Part shown: piece by piece, positions 55,943-64,000 of the stretch | How positions within the stretch are numbered: position 1 is the stretch's first letter | Layout of the letters: every line of letters begins with the position of its first letter | Assembly: GCA_963748015.1 (NCBI GenBank) | Contig: CAVVHE010000008.1 | Coordinates: forward strand, 448,001 to 512,000 | Length of the DNA: 64,000 bases | Direction: 5' to 3' | Origin: Terriglobia bacterium | Lineage (GTDB): Bacteria; Acidobacteriota; Polarisedimenticolia; Polarisedimenticolales; JAIQFR01 | Notes under the pieces: model-generated | What the model saw: only the letters and a program-made list of their open reading frames with translations | The model's database searches: none | What the model was told of the DNA's origin: nothing | Made by a program: the position numbers and the translations under genes

Positions 55943-56515
55943 TCACTTCTTGTTGAGGCTGTCGTTCTTCCAGTACTTCGTGCCGCTCACGTCGGCCGAC
56001 GCCATCAGGCCGGCGTCGGTCAGCTGGTAGAGGGCCATCCCGTTGCTGAACGAGGCGCCGGCGTCCGCGCCCTTGTTGCCCGCGGCGGCCTGCGCGGAGC
56101 CTTCCGCCTTCCAGCCTTTCTCGACGAAGCTCTTGAAGGCCGCGTCGGTCTCGAAGAGGAAGACCACCTGGTATTTCTGGCCGCCGAGCCCGAACCCGAT
56201 GCCCGCGGTCCCCATCTTCATGTAGGTGCGCTTCCCCGACTTCGACACCGCGACGCCGGAGCCTCCGCCGCCGCTGATCCCGATGGCGACCTTCACGTTG
56301 TCGAACACCGCGTAGCCCACCGCCTTGCCGTAGAGTTGCTTCGCGCCCTCGCTTTTCGCGAGCACGGTGTCCAGAGCCTTCTTGGCCATCGCGTCGATCT
56401 CGGCCCGCTTCTCCGCGTTCTTGTCCTTCTTCTCCTCGGCGATGGCCGAGGCGCCGATCATCAGTAGCGAAAGGCAGACGGCAATCGCGATCCAGGTCCT
56501 GGAAGCGCTTCTCAT
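55943..56515 (-). CDS. YSC84/SYLF-related secreted protein
   Basis: Signal peptide, GYAVF...GGGGSGVA...GFGLGGQKYQVVFLF...GLMASADVSGTKY. Confidence 0.8.
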   Translation of the reverse strand: MRSASRTWIAIAVCLSLLMIGASAIAEEKKDKNAEKRAEIDAMAKKALDTVLAKSEGAKQLYGKAVGYAVFDNVKVAIGISGGGGSGVAVSKSGKRTYMKMGTAGIGFGLGGQKYQVVFLFETDAAFKSFVEKGWKAEGSAQAAAGNKGADAGASFSNGMALYQLTDAGLMASADVSGTKYWKNDSLNKK

Positions 56516-56596
56516 GGTTTCCTCCTCCGCTGCGCCGGCCGGCTCACCGGCAGGCTCTCACGGCCCCGCGAAGTCTAGCGCGTAACGTCCCCGGCA

Positions 56597-58276
56597 TCAC
56601 GCCCCCTCCCGTCCCGCCGGCGGCTCGAACCACCGCGCCTTCGGGACGACGACGTTCTGCTGCGGCTGGCCCATGAAGTGGGGGGACATGATCTGCACGC
56701 CGTGCTCGTTGAACTCGTCCTGGATGTTCCCGTGGAGTGCGTTGAGCGTCGCAGCCCACGCTTCGGGACTCTCGACGCGCGCGACGAGCTCGTACACGAC
56801 GTAGAAGTCCGCGAGTGACGTCTGGAGCACCACGGGCGCGGGGTCGCGCCTCAGCCCCGGCGTGCGCGCGGCGGCGGCGAGGAGCATCGCATGCACCTGC
56901 CGCCACGGGGCGTCGTACCCGATCGTCACCCCCGTGCACAGGGCGGGGCCGTCGGCGCCGGCGATCGTGGAGTAGTTCCGCGTCGGCGAGCTGATGACGA
57001 CCGCGTTCGGAATGGTGACCTCCTCGCCGCGGTACGTCCTCAGCTTCGTGGAGAAGGTCCCGAGCTGCAGGACCCGGCCCATGTCGTCGCCGATCTTCAC
57101 GATGTCGCCGGTCCGGAGCGCCCGCGAATACATCAGCGCGAGGCCGGCCATCACCTGGTTGACGAACCCGGCGGAGCCGAGGGAGATCATGATGCCCACG
57201 AATACGCTGATGCCCTTGAAGGCGTCGCTCGAGCTTCCCGGGAGGCGCGGATACGCGGCGACGAGGGCCAGGACCCAGATCGCCGCGACGGCGATCCGGC
57301 GGGTCGGAGCGGCCGTCTCGGCGGGCAGCCAGCCGATCTGGATCTCGCCGGCTTCCAGCGCGTGGAAGAACCCTTCCAGCGCGCGCACGACGAATCTGGC
57401 GACGACGAACACCAGCGCGACGACGAACAGGCCGGGGATGGCGCGGAGCGCGCCGAGTCCCAGATCCCGGAGCGTCCCCAGGACGTAGCCGCCGAGAGCC
57501 TCTCCCCAGGGCCTCGAGTACGGAAAGCGGGTGAGGACGTAGGCGAGCCACGGGTAAGCGATGGCGAGGCCCGCCACCCACGAGAGGGCCGACACGAACG
57601 AGCGGATCCACGTCGCGAGCTGCTGGGCCCGGAAGAGGGTGAATCCGGCCACAACGACGCCGCTCTCTCTCCTGGAGACCAAACGGGTCGCGCGCGCCAT
57701 CAGGCGCTTGCGGAGGGCGAAGATGAGGCGGACTGCGAGCAGGAACAGGAAAGTCGCGACGGCCGTCTCGATCGCGGCGCGCAGGATCGCTCCGGGCCGG
57801 CGCATCTCCTGCGCCTCGGCGAGAGCCTCGCGGAGGTTTCCGGCGGCGCGCGATGCCACGTCGTCCGGCGACTCGCCGGAGAGGGTCTCGCAGTCGCCGG
57901 CGGTGATCGTGAAGATCGCGCGGCTCCCCGCCGAGACGAGCACGCCTTCCGGAACCACCCGGGTGGTCACGTCCGCCGCGGCTCCCGATCGCGCGATGTC
58001 CTCGATCCTCCTAAGCGCCGCCTGCGCCCGCTCGTAAGGAAGCGTGGCGCCCCGGGTCGCGCGGAAGGTGGCGATTTGCCGGTTGGCGAACACAAGGTCG
58101 GCGTGCTCCGCGGTTGCGGGTTCCGCCGCGGGCGCAACGGCGGCGGCAGGAAGGGGCGGCGGGGGCGCGGCGAGGGCGGCCGAGAACGCGAAAACCGCGA
58201 GAACGGCGGTCACGATGCCCGCCGTGACCCGGAGTTGCTCGAAGCGTCCGAGAGAGGCAACCGTGTGGGACGCCAT
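56597..58276 (-). CDS. Mechanosensitive ion channel, MscS family
   Basis: GAGGAGG RBS before ATG 58276, TM segments, YSRALRTGDIVKIG, EEVTIPNA, VTIGYDAPWRQV and FNEHGVQIMSPHF. Confidence 0.9.
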   Translation of the reverse strand: MASHTVASLGRFEQLRVTAGIVTAVLAVFAFSAALAAPPPPLPAAAVAPAAEPATAEHADLVFANRQIATFRATRGATLPYERAQAALRRIEDIARSGAAADVTTRVVPEGVLVSAGSRAIFTITAGDCETLSGESPDDVASRAAGNLREALAEAQEMRRPGAILRAAIETAVATFLFLLAVRLIFALRKRLMARATRLVSRRESGVVVAGFTLFRAQQLATWIRSFVSALSWVAGLAIAYPWLAYVLTRFPYSRPWGEALGGYVLGTLRDLGLGALRAIPGLFVVALVFVVARFVVRALEGFFHALEAGEIQIGWLPAETAAPTRRIAVAAIWVLALVAAYPRLPGSSSDAFKGISVFVGIMISLGSAGFVNQVMAGLALMYSRALRTGDIVKIGDDMGRVLQLGTFSTKLRTYRGEEVTIPNAVVISSPTRNYSTIAGADGPALCTGVTIGYDAPWRQVHAMLLAAAARTPGLRRDPAPVVLQTSLADFYVVYELVARVESPEAWAATLNALHGNIQDEFNEHGVQIMSPHFMGQPQQNVVVPKARWFEPPAGREGA

Positions 58277-58366
58277 GTCGCCGACCTCCTCGGCGGCCCG
58301 CCGCGCCGCCCGTACGGAAGAGGATGATACCCCGCCCCCGCGCGAGAGAGGGTACAATCCCGCGTC

Positions 58367-59884
58367 ATGGGCGAGAACATCGGGAAATTCAAGGCCATCG
58401 CGCTGGTCTTCCTCGCCAGCGCGTGCACCATGGTGATCGAGCTGGTGGCGGGGCGCATCCTGGCCCCGTACATCGGCGTGTCGGTCTATACCTGGACCAG
58501 CATCATCGGCGTGGTGCTCGCCGGCATCAGCGTCGGCAACTATCTCGGCGGCCGCGTCGGCGACCGGTATCCCTCGACGCTCGTCCTGAGCGGGATCTTT
58601 CTCGCGGGCGGCATCCTGAGCCTGGCGATCCTCCCGCTGACGCTCCTCCTCAAGAGCGGGTTGGTGCCGGCGACCGTCCACCTCATGACGCGGGCGACCG
58701 TCTACACCTTCGTCCTGTTCTTCCTGCCCACCATGGCGCTCGGCATGACCACGCCGATCGTCGCGAAGCTGGTCCTCAAGGACATCGGGAAGACGGCCAA
58801 CGTCATCGGAACGCTCTACGCGTTCTCGTGCGCGGGGAGCATCCTGGGGACGTTTCTCACCGGGTTCCTCCTGATCTCGAGGTTCGGGACTCGCGCGATC
58901 GTCTGGCAGGTGGCGGCCGTCCTCTTCGCGATGGCCGTGTTCGCGAGTGGCTTCTGGAATAGCCGGGCGAAGCAGGCGATGCTCCTCGCGGGGGTGCTCG
59001 CGTACGCCGGCGTCTTCGCGTTCCGGCACGCCTACCAGACCACCTACACGCGCGAATCGAACTACTACGCGATCAACGTCTACGACAGTCCCGTGCCGGG
59101 GAGGAACGTGAAGGGACTGTCCCTCGACCACCTCACGCACAGCCTCGTGGACCTGAACGACCCGACGTACCACGCGTACGGCTACGAGAAGACCTTCTCG
59201 GCGGTCGCGCGCTACGTGGCCGGAGACCGCCAGGACATCGGCGTCTTCTGCATCGGCGGCGGAGGGTACTCGTTCTCGCGGTATCTCGAGGTGGCCTACC
59301 CGAAGGCGGGCATCGAGGTGGCCGAGATCGACCCCGCCGTGACGCGAACGGCATACGAAGATCTCGCGCTGCCGGCGGCGTCGCGCATCGTCACGCGCAA
59401 CGAGGACGCCAGGATCTTCCTGATGGGGCAGGACGCGCGCCCGCGCTACGACCTCGTGGTCGGCGACGCGTTCAACGACATGTCGGTTCCGTACCACCTG
59501 ACCACCTTCGAGTTCAACGAGGAGGTCCGGAAGGTGCTCAAGCCGGAAGGCTTCTACGTCACCAACGTGATCGACGACGTGCGGGAGGGACTCTTCGCTC
59601 GCTCGTTCATGAAGACCCTTATGCGGAGCTTCCGCGGCGTGTACCTGGTGCAGCCGGGGGGCGGCTGGGGGCTGAGCACGTACGTCGTCATCGCCACGAA
59701 CCGAGACTTCGACCGTGCCGAGCTCGACCGCTTGATCCGGTCCGATCCCAACGAGTTCGCCTCGGGAACGCTGATGACCCTCGAGGAGGTCGAGCGGGCC
59801 GCAGGAGCGAGGGAAGCCCCGGTGCTGACCGACGACTTCGTGCCGGTGGACAACATGATCGCCCCGCTCTTCGCGAGGGGATAG
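58367..59884 (+). CDS. Fused membrane/spermidine-synthase-like methyltransferase
   Basis: MVIELVAGRILAPYIG.S.YTWTSIIG TM region, then IGGGGYS, EIDP, DAR, DAF and LTDDFVPVD. Confidence 0.88.
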   Translation: MGENIGKFKAIALVFLASACTMVIELVAGRILAPYIGVSVYTWTSIIGVVLAGISVGNYLGGRVGDRYPSTLVLSGIFLAGGILSLAILPLTLLLKSGLVPATVHLMTRATVYTFVLFFLPTMALGMTTPIVAKLVLKDIGKTANVIGTLYAFSCAGSILGTFLTGFLLISRFGTRAIVWQVAAVLFAMAVFASGFWNSRAKQAMLLAGVLAYAGVFAFRHAYQTTYTRESNYYAINVYDSPVPGRNVKGLSLDHLTHSLVDLNDPTYHAYGYEKTFSAVARYVAGDRQDIGVFCIGGGGYSFSRYLEVAYPKAGIEVAEIDPAVTRTAYEDLALPAASRIVTRNEDARIFLMGQDARPRYDLVVGDAFNDMSVPYHLTTFEFNEEVRKVLKPEGFYVTNVIDDVREGLFARSFMKTLMRSFRGVYLVQPGGGWGLSTYVVIATNRDFDRAELDRLIRSDPNEFASGTLMTLEEVERAAGAREAPVLTDDFVPVDNMIAPLFARG

Positions 59885-60001
59885 CCGCGCAGGCCGTGCG
59901 CCCCGTCTAAGTCCGGCGGTGCGGGACGGGAGTGAAAAAAAAGCACTCAGCGGCGAGCCGCCCAAAGTGATAGGATCGGCTGTCCATCAGGAGGAATCGT
60001 C

Positions 60002-60319
60002 ATGCCCAAGCGCCCCGTCAGCCCGGTCAAGAAGCAGGTCCGCGTCATCCGGAAATCGCTGAAGGCGATCGAGAAGTCGCTCGCGCAGCTCGTCGCCGCC
60101 ACGAACGGCATGGGCGTGCGGACAATCGCCCGCGGCGGGTTGAAGGGGCGCAAGCTCAAGCTCACACCCAAGCGCCGAGCGGCGCTGAAGGTCCAGGGGG
60201 CCTACATCGGCCACCTGAGGAACCTGAAGCCGGCGCAAAAGGCACGGGTCAAGGCGCTGAGGCAGTCCAAGGGAATGCTCGCCGCGATCTCCCTGGCGAA
60301 GCGCCTCGGGAAGGCGTAA
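60002..60319 (+). CDS. Small, highly basic hypothetical protein
   Basis: AGGAGG RBS. 105 aa with about 29 K/R and a single acidic residue. Confidence 0.75.
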   Translation: MPKRPVSPVKKQVRVIRKSLKAIEKSLAQLVAATNGMGVRTIARGGLKGRKLKLTPKRRAALKVQGAYIGHLRNLKPAQKARVKALRQSKGMLAAISLAKRLGKA

Positions 60320-60489
60320 GCCCGGAGGGGCCGCGGCCGCGGCGGGCGATTCCGCCGAGCCCGGAACGGGCGTATCCTTTCGGGTGGTCCGTTTCAGGAC
60401 CGGTTGCGGATGGAATCCCGGGACGCGGTCCGGCGGGACGCGGCGAGCGCCGGGTCCGTGCTCGTGATCCTCCGGCAGGGAGGTCCGTC

Positions 60490-61296
60490 ATGCGAGTCCC
60501 CGCGATCGCAAGCGTCCTGCTCGCCGTCCTGTCCGTCGCGCCCGCCTTTGCCGCCGACGTGGACGCGCGGAAACTCCTCGCCGCCGACCAGAAGGTCCAG
60601 GCTGGGCGGAAGGCCTTCGACGCGGGGGATCTGTCCGAGGCGCGCAAGCAGTACCAGAAAGCCCTCGACCTCGTGCCGTTCCAGCCCGACGCGTACCTCG
60701 GGCTCGGCCACATCTTCACGAAGGAGAAGCGCTTCGAGGAAGCTCTGGCGCACTACCAGAAGGCCGAGGAAGGGTACACGCGGCTCGCGAAGCTGAGGCA
60801 GGACCAGGCGGCCGCCGCGGACCTCGAGCGGCGCCAGGCGATCCAGGACCTCGGCCAGACGCAGGACAACCGTGCCAACGTCAAGGCGAGCGCCGGCTTC
60901 GAGAGGATGCAGGGCCTCAGCACGGACACCGCGATCAAGAACGCGCAGAATGCCGCGACTCCGGACGGCGTGCCCGACATCGGCGTGCCCGGCGAGGCTC
61001 ACTTCTACACCGGCACGGCGTTCTTCCAGCTCGGCCGGGTGCCGGAAGCGATGGCCGAGTGGAAGGCCTGCGCGGAGAGGAGCTCCGAATTCGCTCCGGT
61101 GTACAACAACCTCGCCCTCGGATACTGGAAGCGCGGCCAGCTCAAGGAGGCCGTGGAGAGCCTCGATCGCGCGGAGAAGCTCGGCTTCAAGGTCCACCCG
61201 CAGCTCAAGGCGGACCTCCACAAGGCCGCGGCTCAGGCGGGGGTCGCCGTGCCGTCCGCCGAACCTCCCGCGGAGACGCCCGCCCCGGCGAAGTGA
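60490..61296 (+). CDS. Secreted tetratricopeptide repeat protein
   Basis: GGGAGG RBS, signal peptide, TPR motifs (YQKALDLVP..PDAYLGLG, APVYNNLALGYW). Confidence 0.85.
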   Translation: MRVPAIASVLLAVLSVAPAFAADVDARKLLAADQKVQAGRKAFDAGDLSEARKQYQKALDLVPFQPDAYLGLGHIFTKEKRFEEALAHYQKAEEGYTRLAKLRQDQAAAADLERRQAIQDLGQTQDNRANVKASAGFERMQGLSTDTAIKNAQNAATPDGVPDIGVPGEAHFYTGTAFFQLGRVPEAMAEWKACAERSSEFAPVYNNLALGYWKRGQLKEAVESLDRAEKLGFKVHPQLKADLHKAAAQAGVAVPSAEPPAETPAPAK

Positions 61297-61464
61297 GGGC
61301 CGACAATCCGCTGGATGGAGGACGAAAACCGTCTTATGCTTACGCGTCCGCTTCGCGCAGTGCACCCGCCGCGCCTCGATCCCGCGTCGAGCGGCACGGG
61401 ACGGGCCGGTGGCATTCCGGGCCCCGGGCTCGCTCGTCGAGCCTCCGGGGTGAGTGGGGGAGAG

Positions 61465-61728
61465 ATGAAGCGTTTCCTGCTCAACAAGAGAGTTCTTCTC
61501 GCCGTCCTCGTGGCCGTCATCGCCGTGGGGATCTACGTGGCTGCGATGCCCAAGGCCGACGCTTTGGCCGGTCCGAGCGTCTGCACGTACTACAGCGATG
61601 CGAAGTACAAGACCGCCGTCGGCGCTCGCGGCACCGGCTGCTGCGGCGAGGTCATCAGCTGGGGCGTCACGTCGAAGTACATGAAGTGCCAGAGGCTCTA
61701 CTGCCTCGACGTCCTCTGTCCGAACTAG
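61465..61728 (+). CDS. Small secreted Cys-rich peptide (DUF6289-like)
   Basis: Signal/TM segment then CTYYSDA...VGARGTGCCGEVISWGVTSKY..C...C....C, six Cys in total. Confidence 0.7.
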   Translation: MKRFLLNKRVLLAVLVAVIAVGIYVAAMPKADALAGPSVCTYYSDAKYKTAVGARGTGCCGEVISWGVTSKYMKCQRLYCLDVLCPN

Positions 61729-61744
61729 GGATTCGTTGGATCCG

Positions 61745-61784
61745 GGAGGGTGCGGGAGCGTCCGCTCGCGCTCCCGTGCCCTTC
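61745..61784 (+). terminator. Stable hairpin after the small peptide gene
   Basis: About 16-bp stem (with G-U pairs) and an 8-nt loop. The U-tract is weak. Confidence 0.4.
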
Positions 61785-61948
61785 TCACCCCCTCCTCGGC
61801 TTTCCACCGGGCCTTCTCGCCGGCTCGATCCACCCCCGGCGGCCCCTGTACCCCCATGGGCAACCACCCCCAAAAAAGCTCCCCACGAAATCAAGTTTGA
61901 CGTATATGAATTAGCGCCCGGCTCGGCTTGCGACCCGGGAGGGCTGCG

Positions 61949-62362
61949 ATGCGGCGCTTCGCCTGTTGGGTCATGATTTGCCTCTTCGCTGCGGGCTATC
62001 AGCCGCCGCGCGGCGAGGCATGCAGTTGCACCGCGGAACGGAACTGCGGTTGTGCCTGCTGGCGGCACGAAGCACCCGCTCCAGCCGCGGGGCACGAGGA
62101 GAACAGCCCCGCGCGCCCCTGCTGCGCCCCGAAGGAAACCCGCAAGTCGAGCGTCTGCGGCGCGTCGCACGATTCGAGTGGCCGGACGGTACCTGCGCTT
62201 CCGGAGACCAAGAGCGGCTCTCACGACACCGGGCAGCCGATGGACTGGCTGGCCGCGGTGGCTCCGCGAGTCGTGACCCCGGGCGAATCCGACCAGATTC
62301 CGGAATGCCAACGAATCACGGTGTCCAACGTCTCGCCAAAGCCGCAGGTACCCCCTCCCTGA
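61949..62362 (+). CDS. Cys-rich leader ORF ending in PPP (CruR/DUF2946-like candidate)
   Basis: GGGAGGG RBS, hydrophobic N-terminus, CSC...CGCAC..H, PCC, C-terminus PKPQVPPP-stop. It ends 77 nt upstream of a TonB-dependent receptor gene. Confidence 0.6.
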   Translation: MRRFACWVMICLFAAGYQPPRGEACSCTAERNCGCACWRHEAPAPAAGHEENSPARPCCAPKETRKSSVCGASHDSSGRTVPALPETKSGSHDTGQPMDWLAAVAPRVVTPGESDQIPECQRITVSNVSPKPQVPPP

Positions 62363-62439
62363 AGCCGCTTCCCCCCGAAACGCCTCTGAAGTGACCGGTT
62401 CCTCGAGGTTCGGCGGCTCCGTCCGCCAGGGGGAAGACC

Positions 62440-64000
62440 ATGAAAGCATCGCGCGGCCGCCACGCGGCCTGGACAGCCTCTTGCCTGCTGCTCCTTCTCG
62501 CGGCTCCGATGGCGAGCCTCGCCGGCGCCTCGGGCGTCGCCGGGCGCGTCGTGGACAGGGCCGGCGATCCCGTGCCGGGCGCCGTCGTCACGTTCACCTG
62601 CCCAGGGGGGCGGCCGCGCCGGCCGTTCTGACGGACGAGAACGGCCGGTTCCTGTCGCCGCGGCTGGCGGAGGGAGAGTGCACCATCGAGGCTTCGCTCC
62701 CGTCGATGAACCGCCGGACCCTCGCGCGCCAGCAAGTGCTCGCGGGAAAGGTCTCGGAGATCGAGCTCCGGCTCGACGTGGACATGATTCGCGAGCAGGT
62801 CGCGGTGAAGGGAATAGCGGTTCGCGAGGGCGTCGAATCCCGCGAGATCCGCGAGAGCTTCTCGCGGGACGCCGGCGAGGCCCTCGCCAGGGTCGAGGGC
62901 GTCCGGAAGATCCGGAAGGGCGGCATCGCGAACGACGTCGTGGTGAGGGGCTTCAAGGGAGAGAACCTGAACGTGCTCATCGACGGCCAGCGGATCTACG
63001 GCGCCTGCCCGAACCGCATGGATCCTCCGGCCTTCCACGTGGACTTCGCCGAGATCGAGCGGATCGACGTGAAGAAGGGGCCGTTCGACATGACGAGCGT
63101 GGGCGGACTCGGCGGTATGGTGAACATCGTCACGCGAGAGCCTGACGCGGGAGTTCACGCGACCGCGAACGTCACGGCCGGATCGTTCGACTACCAGGCG
63201 CCCTCGCTCGGCGCGTCCTACGCCGCGGCGGCCTGGAGCCTGAAGGGGGGATACGCGTCGCGGAGCGGCGACCCCTTCAAGGACGGCGAAGGTGCGCCGT
63301 TCACCGACGTCGCCAACTACCAGCCCTCCGCCTCGGGCAAGCGCGCCTTCGACATCAGGACGGGATGGGTCGGCGCCGCCTTCAACCTGCGGCCGGCGCA
63401 CCGGCTGGAGGTGCAGGCGACGAGGCAGAGCGGAAACCTGCAGCTCTATCCCTACCTGCTGATGGACGCCGAGTACGACGACGCGGACCGGGTATCCGCC
63501 TCGTACCGCGCCCAGGGACCGTTCGGCGCCGTCGAGGGCATCGAGGCTAGCGCCTCCTACGCCCGCGTGGACCACTACATGACGGACGCCCTCCGGACCT
63601 CGGCCGCCGGAGCGGCGAGGGCGTACAGCATGGCGACAGAGGCGCGGTCATCCGTGCTCGGCGAGAGGCTCCAGGCCAAGCTGCGGCACGGCCTGGCGCT
63701 GGGGATCGAAGCCTACCAGCGGAGCTGGAACACCTCGACGGTCATGGCCGGCATGGCGTACAAGCCCCAGGGCACGATTCCGGACGTCGGCGTGGACTCG
63801 GCCGGCATCTACGCCCTCTACGGGGCGAAGGTTTCCGCGAAGTGGAGGATCGAGGCCGGGGCCCGGCTCGACCGCGCGAGGAGCGCGGCCGATCCCGACC
63901 TCGCGAACACCGATCTCTACTACGCCTACCACGACACCCGCTCGACCTCGGCCACCGACACGCTCGGCGCCGCGAGCGTGACGGCCACCTTCTCGCCGGC
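62440..64000 (+). CDS. TonB-dependent receptor, OprC-like copper receptor, with an N-terminal carboxypeptidase-regulatory-like domain; frameshift at ~62605-62622; 3'-truncated
   Basis: Signal peptide and GRVVDRAGDPVPGAVV. The protein continues in the -1 frame as AVLTDENGRF...EALARVEGV..IRKGGIANDVVVRGF...LIDGQRIYGACPNRMDPPAFH...IDVKKGP (plug), followed by beta-barrel strands. The ORF track does not list it because no stop codon falls inside the window. Confidence 0.85.

Noticed and set aside
56597..59965. 1122-aa minus-strand ORF as an extended MscS
   Set aside because: Its N-terminal half is antisense to the spermidine-synthase-like gene. The true start is ATG 58276, which has an RBS.
62629..62631. 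TGA in the TonB receptor as a second selenocysteine codon
   Set aside because: Homology continues in a different frame, so this is a frameshift and not read-through.

Overview
GC-rich (~70%) bacterial window, probably a diderm of the Acidobacteriota type (inferred from gene content and order, not verified). Bases 1-31.7 kb hold six secreted modular proteins, the largest about 2,800-3,200 aa once single-base frameshifts are joined. They are built from Cys-rich repeats, cohesin-like and dockerin-like modules, lamin-tail domains, DNRLRE/CBM-like domains, two CotH kinase domains and a purple-acid-phosphatase-type domain. Together they resemble a cellulosome-like scaffold system carrying phospho-enzymes instead of glycosidases. 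Next to the cluster is a DsbA-family selenoprotein (UPFC motif, in-frame TGA plus SECIS hairpin) that the ORF track splits in two. After it come a core operon (amidase/GerMN-murI-rph-rdgB-tRNA-Asn) and mixed housekeeping and accessory genes, including a class D sortase. The right end has a Cys-rich, PPP-ending leader ORF with an anti-Shine-Dalgarno element in front of an OprC-like TonB-dependent copper receptor. Several single-base frameshifts suggest uncorrected long-read errors. No CRISPR, rRNA or intact mobile element was seen.
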